Positions 57,888-64,000 of a DNA stretch of 64,000 nucleotides are shown here, piece after piece. The notes under the pieces are model-generated. The model was not told the DNA's origin and searched no databases. It saw nothing but the letters and a program-made list of their open reading frames with translations. Positions within the stretch are counted from its first letter, which is position 1, and each line of letters begins with the position of its first letter. The DNA is from Lytechinus pictus (taxonomy: Eukaryota), in contig NC_087252.1 in assembly GCF_037042905.1 (NCBI RefSeq), positions 8,558,001 to 8,622,000 of the forward strand, read 5' to 3'. Both the position numbers and the translations under genes were made by a program.

Positions 57888-60800
57888 CACGTACGTGAAC
57901 CGCCTATAGGCTATGTATCAACTCAGTGGAGCCCGCCATTATAAAAGCCCTCTCGCGGTAGGTCGCCTAACAGTCTTGTTAGCGACGCTTACGAGCATCT
58001 TCTTGCTCACTCTCCAAATTGTCTGCGATATTAAAATCCTAAAAACTAATGAAATCGTTTAAATTTAGTAAGACTATGAATGTTTATCATTTATATTGAC
58101 TATCGGTGTATCAACCTATATCGAAATTATAAGCAAGTGTGTGTAAGAAAGCGAATTACCAGTCATTTTGATGAGTGATACAATATGCCAAAATTTATGA
58201 AAATATAGCGTAAATTTTATATAGCATTTCAAAATCCTTATTTTCAATATCCCCATAATTTTTTGTTGTTTTAAAAAATATCTTAATACATTAAATAGAA
58301 TTTTCCCGACCTGATAACGTTGGTAGCTTATTTTCTCCATCATTCATAAGAAAATTTTAGGCCTTCAAAATCAGGTTGTTTTTTGTTATATTTCTAAAAG
58401 AAAATAGTTAGATTCGAACTACTATACCATTGTTCTCCCGAAGAAGGGTTATCATCTCATAATTTTGTGTATATCGTACATAACATTAAATATTACGAGT
58501 GTAGCAATCAATGTTGGATAACATTTTTCACGATGAGTTACGTAATGAACAGACAAATCAAGTTCATTCTTAGCACGCGAGCCGCATAATGCTAAATTTT
58601 AGCGTGTGCAGACGAGGCTGATCGCCCTGGCTGTCCGTTCAGATTATCCAGTCCGATACTGGAGTCAGGTGGTATATTTTACGTACCTTTTCCCCTCGCG
58701 ATGACCACTGTGCAGTTTAAGTGTTTTATTTTGATACTCAGTCTATGAAATTCATACTTTACCGATGTCTAAAAATGCTTGGAATATACCTGACACATAA
58801 ATTATTTCATTTTCGGTGATTATTATTTCTTTCCTTAATTACAATAAGTCAACTTGATGTCAAGAACATTGACTGTATAGTTAAAATATAGGTTTGGGAA
58901 ATATCGTGTTAAGTTTGTCCAATGTCATCAGCATCTCGGTATAGGTTAAACAGAAAATATAAAACAACTATATGTTTTGTAAATTCCACGACCGCCTACA
59001 CCATTATGGAACATATGAAGCCGACCTGCATGACCGCCGGGGGGGGGGGGCACTCAAATTATTTGTTAAAATGAAAGTAAGACCTTCAATATGCCTATTT
59101 TACCAGGCTCTTGTGATTATAAATTATAATCATGGTGAGTTTGGGGAGTGAAAAGGGTTGGATGAAATAGATTGGGGAGGGGTCGAGGCCGAGAGAAAAA
59201 AAGAATTAAGGGGCCAAAAGGAGATTGCAGGCCGGTAGAATGACAGAGGGGCAAATATTATTAGGGCAAGCTTTATTTGAGGAAGCTTGACCATAACAGG
59301 AGGGAATGAATAATAGAAGACAGTGGAAATTTAAATAGGGAGAGCTGATCTTTGAGATATATAAAAGCAAAAACAAAGAAAGAGAGAACAGGGAGATATA
59401 GAAGGAGGAGGAGAAGCCCTTGCAATTAAAATATATCAAACACACTTGTCTGGGGCGGCAGTGAGCACGGTGAGATGATGATTATTCCCCCCCCCCCTCC
59501 CTCTATCACCTATAGTCAGTAGCAGAGAAAGGGGGCTAATGGGACCAGCAGAAAATTGACTGATTGATCGATGAATTGAATTTGTTTAGCCAGATTGGCT
59601 AATAAAATCAATTTATTGACTGTATTGAATACAGTCACCAAAATAAAATACAGTAGCATTAAAATCAGTAATCTCGGACAGCTGGAAAGCTTATAGTAGG
59701 ATCCCATTATGATAAAAGGTAAAAACTTAATATTTACACGATAAAAACAGGAATTACTATTAGAAATAAGAAAGATAAAGGGATGGTATATACAAAAGGA
59801 GGAGGAAGAGGAGCTGGATTGAGAGCCGAAAGGCTTCTCTAATCTTCCCTCCGTTTTCAACACAGAAACTACATTTTTTTAATTCTTAAAATTAATAAAC
59901 TACTGTTAGAAAGATTTTTTAAAAAGTGCTTTAGATTGCATGGCCGAAAGTATAAAAACGAGACATTTCTCGCAAAGTGCCAATCAGCCCAGGTCATTAC
60001 GAAATTATGTTTTGCTTTCTTGCAATGGTTATAGGGACTATCCGCCGAATCACGAGAGCCTGGTTTATCGCAGTTGTATGATTCAAAATTGTTGTAAATA
60101 TTGCCATCATTTTTATTTTAACAAATCAGGAGCCGCCATGTCGTCTTCATGTCCCAGTTCGTGGAGGCAGCCGTGGAATTTACAAAGTTTACAGTCATTC
60201 TGTGATCTGTTTAACATACAGTGAGATATTCATGACATTGGGCAAACTTAACACGATATTTCCCAAGCCTTGACAATTCTTTCATTTTTAACTAGAGTAT
60301 ATACAGTCAATGTACACATTCTAAGATTGACTTTTTGTAATTCATGCACGTCGAAAGAAATAATAAAAGTCGAAAATGAGATCAATCATGTGTCAGGTAT
60401 ATTAGAGCATTTTTAGATATCGGTAAACTATTCATTTCACAGATTAAGTATAAACATTAAGCACTATAACACTGGACAGTGGTCATCGCAAGGGGAAAAT
60501 GTACGTAGAATATACCACCCGAAACCAGCATGGCCAGTATGGGACTAGATAATCCCGTCCGACACAGTAGGGATCAGCCCCGTCTGCGCACGCTAAAATT
60601 TATCATTCTGCGGCTCGCGTGCCAAGAATGACTCGATTTTTTATCTTCATTACAAAACTCATCGTGAAAAAGATTATCTAACATGGATTAATACACTCCT
60701 AAAATGAATTGCTATGTATCATTTACACAACAATACGAGATGATAACCCTCCTTCGGGCGTAAAGTTGGTATAGTAGTTCGAATCTAACAATTTTCTGTT

Positions 60801-61292
60801 AGAAATATAACAAAAATTAACCTGATTTTGAAGGTCTGGCATTTCCTCATAAAGCCGAGAAACAGTAATCTATTAACGTTATCAGGTCGGGAAAATTCTG
60901 GTAAATGTAATAAGATATTTTTTAAAACAACAAAAAATTATGGGGATATTGAAAATAAGGATTTTGAAATGCTATATAAAATTTACGCTATATTTTCATA
61001 AATTTTGGCACTTTGCATCACTCATCAAAATGACTGATAATTCGTAATTTAACCGGCAATTGCCTTTAAATTCGGTATGAGTTTGTACACCGATAGTCAG
61101 TGTAAATGATAAACATTCATAGCCTTACTAAATTTGAATAATTCCATCAGTTTGTAGGATTTTAATATCGCAGACATTATGGAGATTGAGCCAAACGATG
61201 CTAACAGGCGTTGCTAACAGGGTTGCTAGGCCCGAAAATCCGATTAAGCTCCGCCCACTTTTTACACTGAGTTGGAGGGATGAACGTACGTG
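57888..61292. mobile_element. 3.4 kb foldback element with ~1 kb inverted arms and CAC...GTG termini
   Basis: Arms ~57975-58930 and ~60230-61215 are reverse-complementary, e.g. ccaaaatttatgaaaatatagcgtaaattttatatagcatttcaaaatcc. Termini CACGTACGT / ACGTACGTG sit within G-runs. Confidence 0.85.
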
Positions 61293-63203
61293 GGGGAGGG
61301 GGTTGCATGCATGATTCCACAGCCACAACGAAATGAATACAAGGGGAAACAATGAAATACGTCATTATTATTTGCTGAATATTATGTAAGAATCTATCGA
61401 ATAATTAGAATTTCACTTCAAAAGGCCAATTGTTTTCTAGCTGGCTTTGCTCATTGACGACTTTCTTTTACAAATTCCCCCACATTTGCTATCATTTGTT
61501 ATGCCCCCTCAGAATATTTGGCTTATTACACAACTGCCTTGAATTAATGTGTTGTGTAAAAAACTATGTACCCGGAATTTTTTAATAAAATAGCGGCCGT
61601 CTGTAACGTTTTAAATGGCGATAATATGAAGAGGTTCCGGGGGTGGAGCCTCCGGACCATACCCGCATACAAATGGCGTATTTTTTGCCCCCACATGTTC
61701 TACATCTAAGAACAAAAAAGAAAAGAAAAGGAAAAGTAATAGACGTGATGTAATTTTCTGAATATATCTGCCTAAAAGTTAGAGTCTTATAAAAAGGTGA
61801 TTTTTTCCTCCCTTGCTTTCCTCGCTCGAGACTTTTATTAAGCAACTTTTTGCTACACGCGCCATACTGTGCTCCCTCTTTTCTTTTCCTTTTTTTTACT
61901 CATTACGCCCTGCCGCATAGCTTCGATCTAATGCTTGCGTACAATCATAACAAATCGTGTTCAGAGTAGCGTAACAGACCAAGAAAAAAAGAGAAAAAGA
62001 AAGAAAAGTATTAAATAAATAAGTGTAAAATATTTTATGACTATTTTGTCAAAATTTATCACGAAGTTGTATTTTTCTAATAAATTGTCAATTTTTGGCT
62101 CGATCGCAACTTTATGTTTTCTGCCCGATTCGCCATATTTGCCCCGCTCAAAATGTTAGCCCCATTACTCCATTCCCTGTTCATACCATGAAATGACCGG
62201 GAAATCTGTGGCTTTAACCCCCCCCCCCCCTTCCCCGGCCACCAACCACTGGACTAAAACTCAGCCACGACTAAAGTAATGCAAAAATTTTCGAATTCGA
62301 TGACAAATATACGTTGTTGCTACCAAGCGGGGGCGCTATTACAATCTGTCCAGTGAGATACCATGGATCCTGGAGTTCTTAATATCTCTATGAATCTGTC
62401 CAAAGAAAGTTTTTGAACAAAAACAATATTGTGAAGTGCGTGAAAATAATTTCATCGCAGCAAATTCCCGAAGGAGATTTGTTTAGGCCTATGTATCTTC
62501 GGCCAACCTAGCTAATTTTGGCAATAGACCTACAGAGTGACTCTTGGACTAACCCCCTTCGAAATTTACGGTTGGTCATTATGATGTACGTTGTAAATTC
62601 TTCAATGAAAAGCAATAGCGTTTCATTGAAGATGCACTGCAAAAGGATGGGAGGGAGGATGTGGGGGGGGGGGGGGTTGAAAATAGAGATTATGAAAATC
62701 AGATATCTTTGTCGTGTAACTCTACATTCCTGTATATTTATTCATGTTATCCTATTGAGAAATATCGCCATTTTGCTAATATGAAAATATTCCATCGCCG
62801 CGCACATGGCCTATGTGAAATAAATTAAACAGGCCCTGTTTCATTAATTTCACATAGCCTAATAAAATTATCGATAAGTTGGGGGGGGGGGTGAGTTCCA
62901 TGAAAATTGATCTGGTGACACTGATTGCTCTGCTGTAAATTCCACACACAGATGGAATGACCAACTTCAATCCTGGATTTAACATTATCCCAAACATAAC
63001 ACTCAGCCTTACATCAAACCCTATTGCCACCCTAGCCCTATATCTTAGAAGAAATAAAGTCTGGAGCAATTGTCGCCAGAGCAAATGTCATGTCATCATT
63101 TTGAAGAGCTCCATCCGTCCCGCGCCCACCTCCATGACTATTTTAGGGAATTACATTGTATTTTAAAATGTTACTTTTAAAAATCAAATGAAATATAGTT
63201 TAT

Positions 63204-63302
63204 ATCAATCAATCAATCAATCAATCAACCAACCGACCAACCAACCAACCAATCAATCAATCAATCAATCAGCACAAACCAGGACCAACCGACCAACCAG
63301 TC
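63204..63302. repeat. (ATCA)n/(ACCA)n microsatellite
   Basis: Directly visible. Confidence 0.92.
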
Positions 63303-64000
63303 ATGTACATGTTATCATATACTGTCATGTACTATGCAATTACAATAAATGATTATTTGATTTTTTTTTGGGTATCAAATTCCCTTACGATTGACGTCAA
63401 GGAAATTTATAAAATCATTTTTTTTTCCACAGACTTATCGTGGCATAGACTTTATTCGCATTTAGGGACACCAGTGTCTGTCGAATTAACAAAAAAATTG
63501 GGAAGTTTTTTTTTCTAAGATTAATGCAGATCGGGGAGCGTACTTTATGAAAGGATTTGTCAGATGTTTTATCCGAAAGTTTCTATGGTAACAGTGCCTC
63601 TCAGTCAATCATGATTAAAGAAAGTATTCAGACCTGAGAAAATGTCGATGAAACCCCGTGGATAAATGTTTTTAAGATTCAGGGGCGGTGATACTTGGGG
63701 CCGGGGGGGCACAGTGCCCCCACTTTTTAAAGCACTGAAATGTGCCCTTTTTAAGCAAGAAAATATCCCCTCACGATGTGCCCCTTTCACCTGAGAAGGA
63801 CCCGTTTTATGTGTGAGCAAGTGCCCCATTGCCTTTTTTGTAAGTGCTCTCTCTTGAATCAGTGCCCCCTTTTTTCAAAGAAAAGGGGCCCTCACGAATG
63901 TGTCTTGTCATTGCCCCTTTCACCTATGGAGAACCTGTTTTATGTGTATATCATGTGCCCTTTCTCGTATAATTTTTTTTTCTTTTAGCGAAAATACCCC

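Noticed and set aside
57888..61292. RAG/ProtoRAG transposon with RSS-like ends
   Set aside because: Ends are CACGTAC rather than a CACAGTG/CACTATG-like heptamer with nonamer, and no RAG1/Transib-like coding sequence is visible.
62323..62338. CTCF-like motif ccaagcgggggcgct
   Set aside because: Two mismatches in the core and located in a small repeat-like segment; not supportable from sequence alone.

Overview
AT-rich eukaryotic genomic DNA, repeat-dense and with spliceosomal introns. The repeat types (TU-like foldbacks, tRNA/CORE SINEs, Academ- and Kolobok-like MITEs) suggest an invertebrate deuterostome, probably a sea urchin; this is inference. Two intact, divergently oriented Golgi-type sulfotransferase genes can be assembled by hand. 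Gene A is a 3-exon minus-strand CHST/Sulfotransfer_2-type gene (7616->871, 350 aa). Gene B is a plus-strand gene whose signal-anchor exon (20838-20980) joins in phase to a catalytic exon (52518-53562) across a ~31.5 kb intron (395 aa). Most remaining sequence is nested non-autonomous DNA transposons, LINE fragments, SINEs and microsatellites. The most notable is an 11.5 kb CACTA/EnSpm-like element inside the gene B intron that carries promoter-like and exon-like cargo but no visible transposase. Most short ORFs in the track are repeat artefacts. All family assignments come from motif recognition by eye, with no database search.
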